From Pseudogymnoascus verrucosus (taxonomy: Eukaryota): 64,000 nt of DNA. The stretch lies in NCBI GenBank assembly GCA_001662655.1, contig KV460212.1, one strand, 5' to 3'. The stretch's first letter is position 1, and each line of letters opens with the position of its first letter. This document shows positions 27,239 through 40,839 of the stretch, piece by piece. Below the pieces are notes generated by a model. It searched no databases. It saw nothing but the letters and a program-made list of their open reading frames with translations, and had not been told where the DNA came from. The position numbers were made by a program, and so were the translations under genes.

Positions 27239-28069
27239 TGTTGCTTCATTCAATCTCGAGCTAGAGGCCACGAGGGTATATTTGTATTGTTTCAAGCAAG
27301 CAATGCTTTGGGGTTGTTGTATGCAGGAGTCTGCAGCATGCGAAGAGTGAGGACAACAAGGTGAAGACGGCGAGATGGTGCGTGGACTAAGACCTCGAGT
27401 ATGTCTTGGAATTGTTTGAGACAAAAAGACCGTATTGTTTTCAGAGTAGTAAACCACAGAACATGAAAGATTGGTCCGGTATATCAAATGTTCCTCATAC
27501 GTATGCCGACTGTGGATGCGAAGGGTGAGTGTATCGTGCGCTTTGGATTCTGCGAGGTGAGGTTGTATTGTAGGCGACCCAGGGTGTGGTTGGCTTGTTT
27601 GCCATCAACAACTGGTTGCCTCAGCAACCTATTGATGTCACACACAGCCTCGCGATCCTAGTGTGTTTCATAATTTATTGTGAGCAATTTATGTTTCCGG
27701 CTTATATTCGAGTTTGTGCGTAACTCTGGATACGGAGAGAAAAGTTCAATTAAATGTACAGTGATCCAATGAGGTGGTTCAAGTCCTCGGTTTGGAGGTT
27801 TATAGAGAGATTGACGCCATACCCGCCTCTTTGATAACGATCAACCAAGCAAATAGTGCGCTGAAGCGGAAGCTATTATTTATAGTCCTATGCTCAGCTA
27901 TGGAAACATTAACCTCGCATACTCGAGAACTTTATAATACAAATGCAGTTTCCTGATTTTGCCCAAGACCTTAAGTCCTAAGCAACCGTGCGACACCATA
28001 TCGTATCAAAACATTGCGATGTTGCCAAGCAATTATTTACCCCTCTTATAGTTACATCACAGACCAAAC

Positions 28070-29114
28070 CTAGATCTGGATATGCCTTTGGCGCTTGCGA
28101 GAGCTGCCGCTTGGGGTACTGTGCGGTTTCTCGCGGGTCTCGTTCTTGAGCTTCTCGTCCAAGACGCGGGCTATTACAATCATCAGCATGAGAAACTAAA
28201 ATTATATGAAACAATGCTTGATAAAACTAACTCAGCACATCGAAACCAAACTGAGGGAATTCCAAACACATCTTCCTGAATTCATCTTCCGCTTCAGCGC
28301 GCAGGACATGGGATCTATGCGCCCAGAACGACGCAACGGGCCTGCGGATTGTGGTATCATCTTCGGCGGTATTTGCGTAAACGTAGCGAGCGTATTGAAT
28401 CTCGCCCTTTGCGTTGGAATTAACGCAGTGAACTGTGTTATATGTTAGATACCATCGCTCAAGAATATAGTGATACGTGTTAGCTTACTCTTTGAAAGTG
28501 CGAGTGCCTTCAGTGCGTCAACGCCAAACTTGCCAGCCAGGGTATAGACCCTTGCATGCTTCAGCAGTTGCTCGCCCGACTCGTCCAATTCTGGCATCGT
28601 GGGGTCTTTGACTAATCCGCGCTGTCCGGTGACTCTCTGAGGGAAGTATTCGCCAGTATAAAGGTACTCCAAGAAGCAGCCGACTGCATCGAGGTCCTCC
28701 TCTGACAGGTCGATTGACCTCCTCTAGCATAGTTGTGAGTGGGTGATTCTAGTTACCTGGAAATTAGTTATATCATACCGGTGTATCAGCATCGAAATGA
28801 GCGCAAGCGTCCTCAAAGAAGGGGCTTTGCACCAACAGCGCTTGATGGGAACTGAGGATGATTTCAGAGTCACCTTGTCCAACAACGAGCTCTACGATAG
28901 GGCTTTTCAGATGGTCCACATATGTGATTCGCACCGGGATGACTGGTGCCTCTTCTTCTTCCGCAATTTCCTGGTCTTTTTCTCCGTCGTCGTTCCTGTC
29001 TCCTCCATCCGTGGTTGTTGCGACCTCCACTACATCGTCCCCGCCCATCTCGACGTCTGCACTTCCGCCATTCTCAGTCAACGTATTGTCGCCGGTAATC
29101 TCGATGTCCGGCAT
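28070..29114 (-). CDS. BTB/POZ-domain protein
   Basis: SPIVELVVG..HQALLVQSPFF..|IDLSEEDLDAVGCFLEYLYTGEY..HARVYTLAGKFGVDALKALAL; 3 introns; basic C-terminal tail. Confidence 0.8.
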
Positions 29115-29648
29115 TATGCGCTATCCTCCAGAACAGAGAAAACTCTCAGTGTGATTGGATGAGTGAGTTGTTTGGCGCGGCGAGCTCAGTGGGTTGGGTC
29201 GAGGGCATATAGGTGTTAAGTGCGTTATTCGAGTAGTTCTTGGATTCGTTCGGGGTCTAAATGGTTAATTGGAAGCCAACGGACGATTCGGAAGGGCTAC
29301 ATACATGGAATTAGATAGGCGTATTTGCTTGTGGCGACAATGTTATTAATTTGAGCTCGCTTTGGAACCTCCCAGCCCACTGATTTCGTTTGGACGTGGA
29401 ACCTGAAGCGCAAGGCTGTGGCACAATCAAGGTACCCTGCAGGGGAACTGCACCCCCAACTTGTGACCCACCAATCCCCACAATCTTGCCCACCTACAAG
29501 GCTGACAGATTTTCAGGTACGAGATTAGCGTATGGCTTCATTACTACAAAGGATCACTAGTGGCAATGATTAAATTGTTAAATTGGTAATTGGGAATAAT
29601 TTTGCATTTTTTAATCAATTATATAGCATAGCAATTCGTTGTTTGCGT

Positions 29649-31681
29649 TTATAAAGTGAGCCGACCCGGTTTCCTCCTCAGCCTTTGCGGTCTCGGGCGC
29701 TCTTGCGTATCCGCCGTGGTCTCGACAGAAATATTAGAAACAACTGGGCTACCTGTGGAGCCGCGGCTTCTTTCTCGTTTTCTGATAGATCTCTCTTCGT
29801 CAGGCCTGATAAACCTGTGGATAGTGCGATGGTCTAAAATCCTTTCTTCCGAGTCATTTCGCCCTTCCTTATCCGTCTTCGGCCACTGATATCCATAGAG
29901 CTTGCTGTGACGCTCACACCTTGGGCACGATGAGCGGGTTAAGTAAGCGTCCAGTTGGACGAAATATTCATCGCAAATCTTGCACGAAATCCAGGCTGAA
30001 GCTGGCTGCGACAGTAGTAGCGGCGTCAAGACATAATCTCGCGGCTTCCTAATTTCTGGTGCGTGGTCCTTGTCTGTGACAACAGGTGCCCTTTTCTTGA
30101 CATATTTCCTCTTTTTGGTCGTGCTTGCAAGCGTCTTAGTTAACAGCTTCGTTGACGGTCGTTTTAACTTGCGCGAAGATTTTGGTTCCAAAGCGTCCGA
30201 GTCCGTCGCGCCCAGTGTTGTAATCGAGGCCACAGCGGCGCCAATCTCGCCAGCAAATTCAGCCATTGCTATCGCTGCATCTGAGACGGGGTTGTCCGCT
30301 TCCACAGCGGCAGGGCTAGATTGCTCACGAACATCTTTGCGAAGGCGTGAATGGCTCTTTTTGCGAATCGGCCGAACTATAATCGTATCTTCATCCACCG
30401 ACGTTGTATCCGTCAGGTTGCTGTCATGGGAGGGCAGCATCTGTGTTGAATCATGCCTTGATTCAAAAACCGAACTAGCCCTAGAGCTCTCGGGTGTGGA
30501 GTACAGACCGTCTAAATCCCTAGCATGAATGCTTTCCTCTTTGACGATTCCTTCAGTGCGTTGCCGTTTCCGTGCCGTGTGTTGTTCGGCCGTCGGCGCT
30601 TCATCTCGCCATTCTCGCTTCTTGTTAGACTCCATAAGTTGCTGACTGGGCGAAAGTTCTGGTGATGTCGGTTCCTTCGCGATTTTATTCGATCTCTTTG
30701 GTGTTCCCTTGAGAACACGAGGCCTGAGGTCAGGAGTTACCGACGGAGTCCGGGAGGAGTCCACAAAGTCGGATCTCCTTCGACGTAGTGAATAGCTACC
30801 AATGACTACCGTGGGCTCCTCAATAGAAGGCTTTGTAGCTGGGGTGCTTGAACCATCGTCGTCTTCCAACTCCCAACCGTTCTCCCGGTTGTCTTCGCAG
30901 GTCTTGCAGAGACACTCACAGTTATCTTCGCCAAAATAATTGTCTCCGTAAGTAACCGTAATCTCATCCCCCACCTCAATATCCCTTACAGCGATGATTT
31001 CCATTCCTGCGGCTCCCGTTCTCATAAGCTCAGCATTGGCACCGCAATCGTGGTTCGCAAATCGTGCTGGGCCCAAGAATAATGAAGCAGATTTGTTGCG
31101 GCTTGAAACAACGATGCTGAAGTCGCGCCTACGCTGGTTGATGTCGGCTTCCTCTTCTTTAGTCATTATGACTTGGACTCCGCAGAGGTATTTCACTGTT
31201 TCGCCCTTTTTAATCAACCTCCGGGCCGTCACGGAAGCCTCATGGGTCACCACAGTGTATCGGTTGGTGCTTGTGATTTCAAACGGGCAGTCCGGTAAAT
31301 ATATGTTGACATATCTCCGCATGTGCTTTCGGAAGTCGTCCCTTTCTTTTCCAGGAGGTAAACTTTCCAGAAACTTTCGAAGTCCTGGAAGTTGAAGGAG
31401 TTGCGCTTCTGCTTTCTCCGCGTCCTTGCCAATTATGACCATGTTTTGCAAAATAGGGGTAATATCCTCCTCTCGAACACCTCGTGAGGCATGGTATAAA
31501 TTGCGATTCTTGCGAATAGTCGTCCAGTAGTATACCTTTTTCACAACTGTTAGCGAAGCACATCTTGGACTTGGTGGGATCTTACATGGTCAACTAAAGC
31601 GTCCGTGAGGATATCGTCGTAAGATGTCAATCGCGCAAGCGTTAGACGGTGTTTTTTCTCCGAGGGACATTTTGGCGGCAT
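29649..31681 (-). CDS. SET9: Histone H4K20 methyltransferase Set9
   Basis: Exon 1 LTLARLTSYDDILTDALVDH|VYYWTTIRK; SET motifs LFLGPARFANHDC and EITVTYGDNYFG; post-SET CECLCKTC. Confidence 0.93.
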
Positions 31682-32242
31682 CGCAACACGTATGTGGTTT
31701 TTGGTTCATGCGACAGCCCTTCCCGAATCGAATGGCCTCAATTCGAATCCGGGAGTAATTTACAGTTTCGACGGCACGGCGCGGCTGAGAATGCGCGAAG
31801 AGGCTCGAACAAAGCAATCCAAGTTTATGAGGTCGTGGAGGATCGCAAGAAATAGTCCAGAGTAGTGTGTAGGTTGGTCTTTGTATTCGAAAGGTGTGAC
31901 TGAGACTCGAGTCTAATAACGGTGTCCTGGCGCGCGTCGCCGCACATCTCCTTTCGCATTCCCCGATCTCACTCCAGTGGAGAGTTCCCTTGGTACCTCC
32001 CTGCACGTCCCTTCCCTGTCGTGCAGTGGTCTAGCACCAGACTGGACGGCTGGACTGGCGCGTAATTTACTGCCAGTAGTTTGCGCCTCAATCACCAGCC
32101 ACATTACAGCCTTGGCCTGGGCTGCGAGCCTACAACATCAGGCATTGAGGCGCTAGCCGCATTCGCGAAACCCGAGCCAAATCTTTATGTCGATGCGAAT
32201 AGAGCATAGCTAGATGTTGCGACAGCAAACCTTTGAATCAAG

Positions 32243-32817
32243 ATGATCCAATTAAAGGTGAATATATCTTGAAACTGCCGAGTCTAGTGTTTATGGCGAC
32301 TAATTTTATTCGCAGACGATGCTTAATTGCATCGATAATTCCGGCGCCGCCGTCGTCGAATGTGTCAAGGTCCTCCGAATGAAGAGACATGCGAAGATTG
32401 GTATGACCACCCTATGAGTGTGCAGGAGCACATGGAGCTGACATCTTTCAGGCGATCGCATTATCGTTGTCGTTCAAAAGCAGCGCAATTTCGGTCCGGA
32501 GTCGGGTCCAGGCAGTGGCAGCGTATCGACATCTGCCGCCAACAAGGTTCGCCGTGGAGATATGAGACACGCCGTTGTCGTGCGCACAAAGAAGAAGCTG
32601 CAAAGGCCAGATGGAAGTGTAGTGAAGTTCGACGACAATGCCTGCGTCCTGATCAGCAAGACCGGAGACCCCATTGGGACCAGATTGAACGGTTAGGCCT
32701 CCCCTCAATGCAACTTCGCAGTGGCATCCACTAACTTCTTTCCCAGGTATTGTCGGCACTGAATTGAAGAAGATGAAGTGGTCGAAGATCTTATCACTGG
32801 CACCAATGCATCTATGA
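32243..32817 (+). CDS. MRPL38: Mitochondrial ribosomal protein uL14m
   Basis: [82 protein letters not shown]; 3 introns. Confidence 0.93.
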
Positions 32818-33074
32818 ACAAATTGGGGTTATATCAGAATGTACTCATACTGTATAAAGAGGTAGACGGGTCACGGCGTTACACATGCGATAATCATTAA
32901 AACCTCTCGAAGAGGTCAACAACTATTGTTCTCCAATCATTTTATTACGGCCTCTCAATAACTCATGTGCATGATCGAAACTCCAGCTATGCGATCTTCC
33001 CTAACGCCTGTGACATGTTTTCCGCCCAAATCCCCAACTCCAATATCAAGTGTAAAAACGCTCCGGGTAGATTA

Positions 33075-33650
33075 TTACTGGAAGATGTGACCGCAACCAC
33101 AGCAGACATAGAAGAGTTTCTATATGGCTATCGTCAGTGTGGATCTAAAGGATAAGAAGACAACAATACCATTCCTGTTTCAGCCGAACGTTGTTGCGAC
33201 TGGAAGAATACAGCATCCTCGGCCTTGCACTTGGGGCAGGCCTTGTTTGATCGGGGAAGCTGAAAAACAGTAATGTTAGCGCTCATACTTTCAATAGAAC
33301 AGAACATTTCTAGCAAGGCCAAGCTATTCATTGAGAAGGGAGCACAAACAGTTGGGTCCGATCCAACATCCTGTGTGACACCAGCCGTCTCACCCACAGC
33401 GTTGTTCAATACATTCCGGAAAACACAGGATGAAATAGCCGGTTCACTGTACTGGCAGGTGCGACAGGCGAACTGTAGCTGGCGTGTGTCGTTGTCTTCC
33501 TTTGGGTACAACATATTCGAGCTATACATAGGTTAGTATTTAATAGCATTAGAGATACATAAATGCATGCCATTCACTGCAGAAACGGAATGTAATCTGC
33601 TCCATGTTCTTTCTTGGCTCCTCGCCATGGCTAGGTGAAGGTGAAGACAT
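33075..33650 (-). CDS. RPB9: RNA polymerase II subunit Rpb9
   Basis: FRFCSEC|SNMLYPKED..ACRTC..DPT|LPRSNKACPKC..AVFFQSQQRSAETGM|KLFYVCCGCGHIF; two Zn ribbons; 3 introns, the first GC-AG. Confidence 0.96.
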
Positions 33651-34259
33651 CGTTGCTTGTTTTTGACAGGTTTGGGGGGCGATAGAAGCTGTTCAGGATA
33701 TCGCTCGGAGCTTTGATAAGTGTTCGGCGACGGCAAATGTATCGATAGTTAAAGGTTTGGTCGCGCTGGTCTGGGGTATCTTAATAGTGCTGTCCCTTAT
33801 AATCGCCGCCGGTTTGTGGGCTTCAAGTAAAATCTTTTGAATGCTTGAACGCTTGAAGGCTTCAAGATCGCCAGCCAAACATATGCGCGCGCCAGTGACA
33901 AGGCGCAAACTTAAACGGAACAATACTCTTCCGTTCCATACCCTTCGCGCGCTAAAGTCGTTTGTCATCCAACATGGGGTTGCATGGTGCACGGGCTTCT
34001 TCTTAGCCCCTTCCCCCGCAAAGGTGCGATGCGATAACCCAAACAATAACAGTAAGACCAGGATACTTCCGCCAAAAGTTACAAAACTCAGGTCTCGATA
34101 TTCTCCGAGCTTTTTTGCACTATCATATCCTGTTTCAGGTGCCACGAACGCAAGAACAGCCCCTTCAAACTTGAAATTTAGGAGGTTTACGTCAAACTTC
34201 CCCGCTATTTCTTGTATCACGCTCCAACTGAATCAACAACAGCTCTACAAATCCTCACA

Positions 34260-34986
34260 ATGGTCAGTAACGAAGCTCGATTGAAGCTAGCATACTCTAT
34301 TATAGCACCCCGTATATCGGTAGCTAACTATCAATCAGAGTGACGCAGGTCTTCCAGCTGGGTGGGAAGTCAGGCACTCGACCTCCAAGAACCTGCCATA
34401 CTACTTCAACGCCTCGCAGCAAGTATCACGATGGGAGCCACCGCAGGGAACCGATACCGACAAATTGAAGAACTATATGGCTAGGAATCACAGCGCATCA
34501 GAGATCAAGCCAGAGCCTTCTGCTGCCAACGGAAATGAGGGCAAGATTCGTGCGGCGCATCTACTGGTTAAGCACAAGGATAGCAGGCGACCAAGCAGTT
34601 GGCGCGAGGTACGGTATTATCATGGAGGCCCTCAGCACTAGCTAACATATTGATTGTTAGGCCGATATTACTCGCACAAAGGAGGAGGCAATGACCATCA
34701 TCCTGGCCCATGAGCAGAGAATCCGAAGCGGACAGACTACTCTGGGAAACCTTGCTGTGAGCGAGTCCGACTGCAGCAGCGCACGCAAAATGGGAGATTT
34801 GGGCTACTTCGGCAAGGGTGATATGCAGAAGGAGTTCGAGGATGCTGCGTTCAACCTGAAGCCTGGTGAGATCAGTCATGTTGTCGAGACCGCGTCTGGA
34901 TTGCACTTGATTGAGAGGTATGAGAAATAGTCCCCACTGTGATATAAGTGGTGAAAGCTAATATCTGCCTGTACAGAATCGAGTAA
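34260..34986 (+). CDS. ESS1: Peptidyl-prolyl isomerase Ess1/Pin1 (WW + parvulin)
   Basis: M|SDAGLPAGWEVRHSTSKNLPYYFN..SRWEPP (WW); IRAAHLLVKHKDSRRPSSWRE, ESDCSSA..GDLGYF..MQKEFEDAAF..SGLHLIER|IE; exon 1 coding part is the ATG only. Confidence 0.96.
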
Positions 34987-35158
34987 ATACTGCAGTTACC
35001 TATGGTATTTTGCCAGTAGCTGGGAGCAGTTAATAACATTGTAGTCCTCGAATCTGGGGGTGTTGGTGCCGGATATTTGGAGAAGAGGGGTGTCATTTTT
35101 AGTTTGTGGCGATCGTAATGAACAATACATGGTCTGCCCATGCTTGTGACACTTGGAT

Positions 35159-35864
35159 TCATTCTCTTTCATACATCTCGAAGACATACTTAATGCCGTT
35201 CTCTTCCTGTTCTCCTGGGGCAACATCCTCGCCGACCCAAGCGTCCAGTTCCTCCTTGCCCTTCTTCGTCCATTGGCCATCGTCTCCCGGCAGTGATATT
35301 GGGAAGAACGTGTCGCAGTCGAAATCGGAGAGGATCTTTGTTACCAGAATCCTCTTGGTTGCCTGCTCTTGTATCGCCATCCGGTAAATTTCAGCCCCAC
35401 CAATCACAAATACCTTGCCAATCTCGTTGCTGGCCTCAAGTGCTTTCAAAGCATCTGATAATGATGCAGCTCGTAAAGGTTCCTCATCAGTATCGATCTC
35501 CGGAAGCGGTTTTGGAGTCGTATGTGAGCGGCTGAGCACGATATTCACTCGTCCCTTCAACGGCCTAAACTTGAGGGGGATGCTGTCCCAGGTCTTACGA
35601 CCCATTATGACTGCATTTCTCACGGGCTTGGGGGGCTAAGGCACATGGGTCAGCAGTCTCCAAATAGTTTTTGGAGAGACGCGACGCTACTTCTGGATTT
35701 GGGGTAGCAGCCAATGGGGTACGCTTCGTGACACGTGCAAAATATGCCATCTCCTTCCTGAGGCCGGTCCAGGGAAGCTCGCCGGCGCGGCCGATACCCA
35801 TGTTTCGGGCAGTGGTAGCCACTATGATGGTCAATTCTTTGGGAACCATGGTCTCAGAAGTCAT
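35159..35864 (-). CDS. DFR1: Dihydrofolate reductase
   Basis: LTIIVA..MGIGRAGELPW..EMAYFARVT|..NAVIMGRKTWDSIP..RPLKGRVNIVLSR..FVIGGAEIY..CDTFFP; 1 intron. Confidence 0.96.
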
Positions 35865-37133
35865 CGTTGCCAATACACGGATGTGAAGGAAGAGTTATTG
35901 CTCATCGGCTTGGGACTAGAAACGCGAACGCGGTATCAGTTGGACAAGGCTGGGCGAATACCATATGCTTATTGCCATTCGTCACCGCCTAGGAGTGGCC
36001 GATTGTTCCGCACGTGACCAGATACTTTTTTTTTTATCGTGCCTCGGCATTTCCATTTCAAGACAGATTAAGGAGGGATGATGGGATGGCGGGATGGAGG
36101 ATGGAGAGTGGAGAGAAGTAGTGTACAGCACAAAACAAAGCACAGCTGTACCAAAAATGACTTCCGATATCGCCCTGCTTCAAACTATTTCATCAAAATG
36201 CACAAGCCGACTTCGTCCGACCCCAGTTCATGTGCAAGCAAAAGCTCAAATAGACACTATCCATATTGCGGGAATGCGGGGATTAGATAGGCTCGCAGAA
36301 GGACAATGGGGGAAATGGCTGTTGAGTACGGTACCTACTCCGTAACACGCTGCGGAACAATTGCTTGCAGATTCAAGAACACACGGACGTCATCGGAACC
36401 TTTCGACCGAGGATAACTAGGAATTTCCGCTTTTAGTGGGTACCGCACGCAAGGCTCGCGAGGCTGAGCGTCGAAATGCCGAAGCCAGCCAGCCGACTGT
36501 CAAAAACATGCCGCAACTGAAGTCTCGGACTGTGATCCGTTCAATAGAGTAAATAGAGTAAACTCGTTCCTTAAATTAGGAGAAAGGACATCAGACTTGC
36601 AGCTTCATGACAATTAAAGAAGCATTTGGCTCTATAGACCGTTGAGCGTGTTGTGGTGCTTCCGTTCGGCCATCCATGAAATCCACCTCTCTCACCGGCT
36701 TGTACCTTTCCCGCCGCCCAGAGCTGTTCCAATTAATCCCCCATAGCCGCGGTGCAACTTGGGGTTATGGAGAAGATCCCTCCACCTTACTCTCTTTGAT
36801 CTAGTTTTGGGTACTAAAGTAGGCTCGAACTGGTATGGAGAGGAGTCCCCGAATGCACCTGACTGTACTCTGAGAATATTACCCCAATACTCCTCCTCAT
36901 CTTTTGACTTTCTTGCTCATCCCCAACTTTCCCACGAATATATATTTTTGCTCTCTTCGCTGAGAAACCGGCGCTGTATATACTACTTTATACTTTTAAC
37001 AGGGTCATTGCTGCAGCTGTTTCCAGACCATTTCAACTAAAGCAACTACGCTCGTCACCGGTACTGAGTTCACAAGAAACTCTTGCCACGAAGTTAGTCT
37101 TGTGACGCAGAGAGTCATAAGCCGGTAGCAAAT

Positions 37134-38519
37134 ATGCCTCCAAAGACCAACGGCCGTGATGGGAAGCCCCCGCCCTCCGCCGCGACGAACTTGATCGGTG
37201 AGTCCCAATCGCAGTTTTAGATCTATTGCGCCAATGGCTTCTAACTTTCCATAGCTGGCGGTGGTGCAGGAATGATGGAGGCGCTTATCTGCCATCCTCT
37301 CGGTATGTTCACCTCGGCGATTTTCAATGGGCCAGGATTCTGACATTGTCATCTAGATACTATCAAAGTTCGCATGCAACTTTCTCGTCGCGCGCGTGCC
37401 CCAGGCGTAAGTGGAGATGCGCAGCCCCAGAGACCTGGCATCGTTCTAACAAACTATATAGGTGAAGTCAAGAGGCTTCATCGCCACGGGATCAGAAATC
37501 GTGAAGCGCGAGACCCCCCTCGGTCTCTACAAAGGTCTTGGCGCAGTGGTAACTGGTATTATGCCCAAGATGGCCATTCGCTTCACGTCGTTTGAGGCAT
37601 ACAAGTCCATGCTCGCAAACAAGGAGACTGGTGCCGTCAGCACAAAAGCAACCTTCTTTGGTATGATTCTGGCATTCCGAGTGTAGCCGCGCAAAAGCGG
37701 CTGCAACTCTAAAAGTTGTCTCAGCGCTGACGATTTAATCCTAGCTGGTCTCGCTGCTGGTGTCACAGAGGCTGTCGCAGTTGTGACGCCCATGGAGGTC
37801 ATCAAGATCCGTCTCCAAGCACAAAACCACTCCATGGCCGATCCCCTCGATGTCCCTAAATACCGCAATGCCGCACACGCATTATACACTGTGGTCAAAG
37901 AGGAGGGTTTTGGAGCGTTATACCGTGGAATTTCGCTTACAGCTCTGAGGCAAGGTATGAGTCGCAATGCTTGGTTTCCCCATTCTCGCCCCTCCAAAAT
38001 CACAAGCACGTGATAGCTATTTCCCCAAGTTATCACTTTCACATGTCAAATACCTCAACCCCACCACTCTCGGATTGCGCCACCACTCAGATACTAATCG
38101 GTCACGCAGGAACCAACCAGGCTGTTAACTTCACTGCGTACACCGAGTTCAAATCTGCTCTCCAAAGATGGCAACCCGCCTACGCCGACTCCCAGCTCCC
38201 CTCCTACCAAACAACCCTCATTGGTCTCGTCTCTGGTGCCATGGGACCCCTCTCCAACGCCCCCATCGACACCATTAAGACGCGCCTCCAGAAGACCCCC
38301 GCAAAGGCCGGCCAGAGCGCATGGAGCAGAATAACATACATCGCAGCGGACATGTTCAAGACGGAGGGTGTGCACGCTTTCTACAAGGGTATTACGCCGC
38401 GTGTGATGCGTGTCGCTCCCGGCCAGGCCGTTACGTTCACAGTGTACGAGTTCCTGAAGGAGAAGCTGGAGAACAGGACGACGCTCGCGGAGCTTGTGGG
38501 CGGTAAGTACGAGGAGTAG
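37134..38519 (+). CDS. SFC1: Mitochondrial succinate/fumarate carrier
   Basis: NLI|AGGGAGMMEALICHPL|DTIKVRMQLSRR, GIMPKMAIRF, PMEVIKIRLQAQ, LRQ|GTNQAVNFTAY, PIDTIKTRLQK, GITPRVMRVAPGQAVTF; three PxD/ExxK carrier motifs; 5 introns. Confidence 0.9.
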
Positions 38520-39205
38520 ATAAGCTGTATTTTACCATGATGGACGGGTCATGTTGGGCATTGTTGGAGGCAAGGCATTTTCATACGAGCGGCTAAAAGC
38601 GTTATGGTGACCTCTCTGTATATAGACGCTGTGCGTAGATTATATAGTATCGAATATTTATATCCATTTATATCAAATTTGCTGGGTACAATCTTGTGGG
38701 ACATTGGTGATCATCACAATGCTGCGTCATAGTGCATTTCGAGCTCGTGCCTCTCATGTCCGAAAAGGGACAAGTAAGAACCTGCAGATAGGCTCTAGAG
38801 CTGATATGAGTATTTACAGCAATAGTAGAGGGAATAGAGCCCCTCGATCGCCCAGGGTTATAATAGTCTATCATATTCCGGTCTTTTAATGAGTTATGTG
38901 CCCAGAAATCGGTCCAAAGACAAGGTTTATCTTAATTACAAGTATTCCTCCTCAGCTCCCCAAGGCATTTCTCCAATTTCTGGGCACCATGAGTGGAGTA
39001 TCGCTCCTAGGAAAGAGTAATTTCAAGACATAATACCAAAAAGCATCCCAATATGAAATTCTTTGGTATAAACATCCACAGCAACTTTTGATTCGTGGTC
39101 ACTACTTAGGTCTACAACTGTTGTGCTATGGTTAACATACAGTTTCTCTATGAAGTGAAGTATATGTTCCAAGAAATTCTAACCCGTGGTCATTCCCTAT
39201 GAACC

Positions 39206-40337
39206 TCATCTCCTTCCCGGCCTCTTCGGTCTATCAAATGCCTTCTTAGTCTCCACCTTCGGCTTGAACTCCTCCTCGATACTCTCCGGGCTAAGCTCAT
39301 CTGGGTCGCTTGCTTCAATCTTCTTGACGACCTTCAAGGCCGCTCCCTTCTCCGCGACAGCGATAACGCCCTGTCGCGAACTGGCGTAAAGCATTCGTTC
39401 CTTGATCTTGCTGGCGCCGGGACAAGTGTATATGAAGATTATAGAGGTTGAGGGAGAGCCATTGGGAACATCATGGCTGTGGTTGAAGAAGGAGAACCGG
39501 GGCTCGGTGGAAGAGATGACAGTAGATAGTTCCGGCAATGTAGCGGAGGATGTGGACGCCAACTCGATCGTTTCGGAGGCAATATTGATTTTCTAAGAAG
39601 CATATTAGCTCCCTCCATTGCCATTTATACACAAAGGGTGGGGGTGGGCGGTAGATTGGTCGTACCAGTTGGACAAGGTTATCTCCACCCGCAGAGTCCC
39701 CCAACTTCTTCAAGGCGCCCAGAGCATCGTCAGATATTGGCATTGCAAAGTGGTCACTAATGTGGCTTCTCTTAACATTTGATCCTCTGCCCTCCTCAGA
39801 CTCTGCCCTCTTTACTGCGCCCAGCGCCAGCTCCTCTTCCGTCAAGGGCGCTTCTAACTCAACATGCTTATCGTGCTTCCTGAACCCATCCGCCGTCAAC
39901 TCCGCCTTCGTTGTCGCGAAAATGGTCTCCCTAAATCTTTCGATTCCTAATTCGCGAATTAAAGTGAGGCGAGTGGATGCAAAGAGCATCTTTTGTCTCA
40001 CGGGCGCGGCATCGGGGACGTAAGTCACGGCGATGAAGCTGTCGCTGTCATCGGGGTAGCGGCGTAATATTATGTATGCCGCTTCCTTGTCCGTGACGTG
40101 GGGAGCAAGAAGCTCTAGATCATTGAAGAAGTCGGAAGTGGAGGGCTCGATGGCGGGTCCAGGAATGAGCTTCTCCTTGTCGATTTTGACCAGTAGTCCA
40201 CGCTGGCTGGGAGATGCCACGAGGTTGTTGAAGGCTGCTACGAGCTCGGCGGAGGCTAGAGCACCTTGGTATCAGCAGGAAGCTCCCCCCGACGCACCCC
40301 CGAATTGAATCTGGTTACCTGCAATTCCCGACTGCAT
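39206..40337 (-). CDS. TWF1: Twinfilin
   Basis: MQSGIA|ASAEL; two ADF-H domains (YVPDAAPVRQKMLFASTR; IYTCPGASKIKERMLYASSR); C-terminal FDRPKRPGRR capping-protein-binding tail. Confidence 0.94.
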
Positions 40338-40839
40338 TGTGAATTCTTTCTTTCTCTGATTGATTTACGTGGCAGCTACTGTAACTTCGGGATACATTGA
40401 TGACGCTCTGGCGGTTTCGAGGTCGGCGCTAGATGGAGGGGTAATACGCGAGCTGACAGGGTTCAGTGCTACCTGAGGAGATGCAGCAGATTTCTATCGC
40501 GTAGATATCAACATGCGCTTTGGAGCACCCATGAACATCCGACCTGTATAAACATTGTCAACGCGCAAAGGAGCGACTGCGCGGTTATTAGGCGCACAGA
40601 AGTTGTAGTTGTGCATCTCATATGTAGCAATTGTGGCCATGGCCACTTCGCAGCGAACCACGGACGCCTTGTTGGGTGAGTGGAAAGTTCACTTCGTTCC
40701 CCATCTATCTCGCCGTCTGTCTCCTTTATTCTCAGTCTGAACAACTCTGCCTCTGCAAGTGCAAATCATCAAAAGTACAATTGCCTGCCATCTGAGTATT
40801 CTTTCCATCAAGTTCTTTCATAAATACAACAAGTAAATC

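Noticed and set aside
27614..27629. Inverted repeat GGTTGC-CTCA-GCAACC upstream of BUD4
   Set aside because: A 6-bp stem is expected by chance in 64 kb, and I cannot assign a factor
33693..34284. Overlapping 175-aa (-) and 147-aa (+) ORFs between RPB9 and ESS1
   Set aside because: No recognisable motifs, and they occupy the divergent promoter/UTR space; likely chance ORFs
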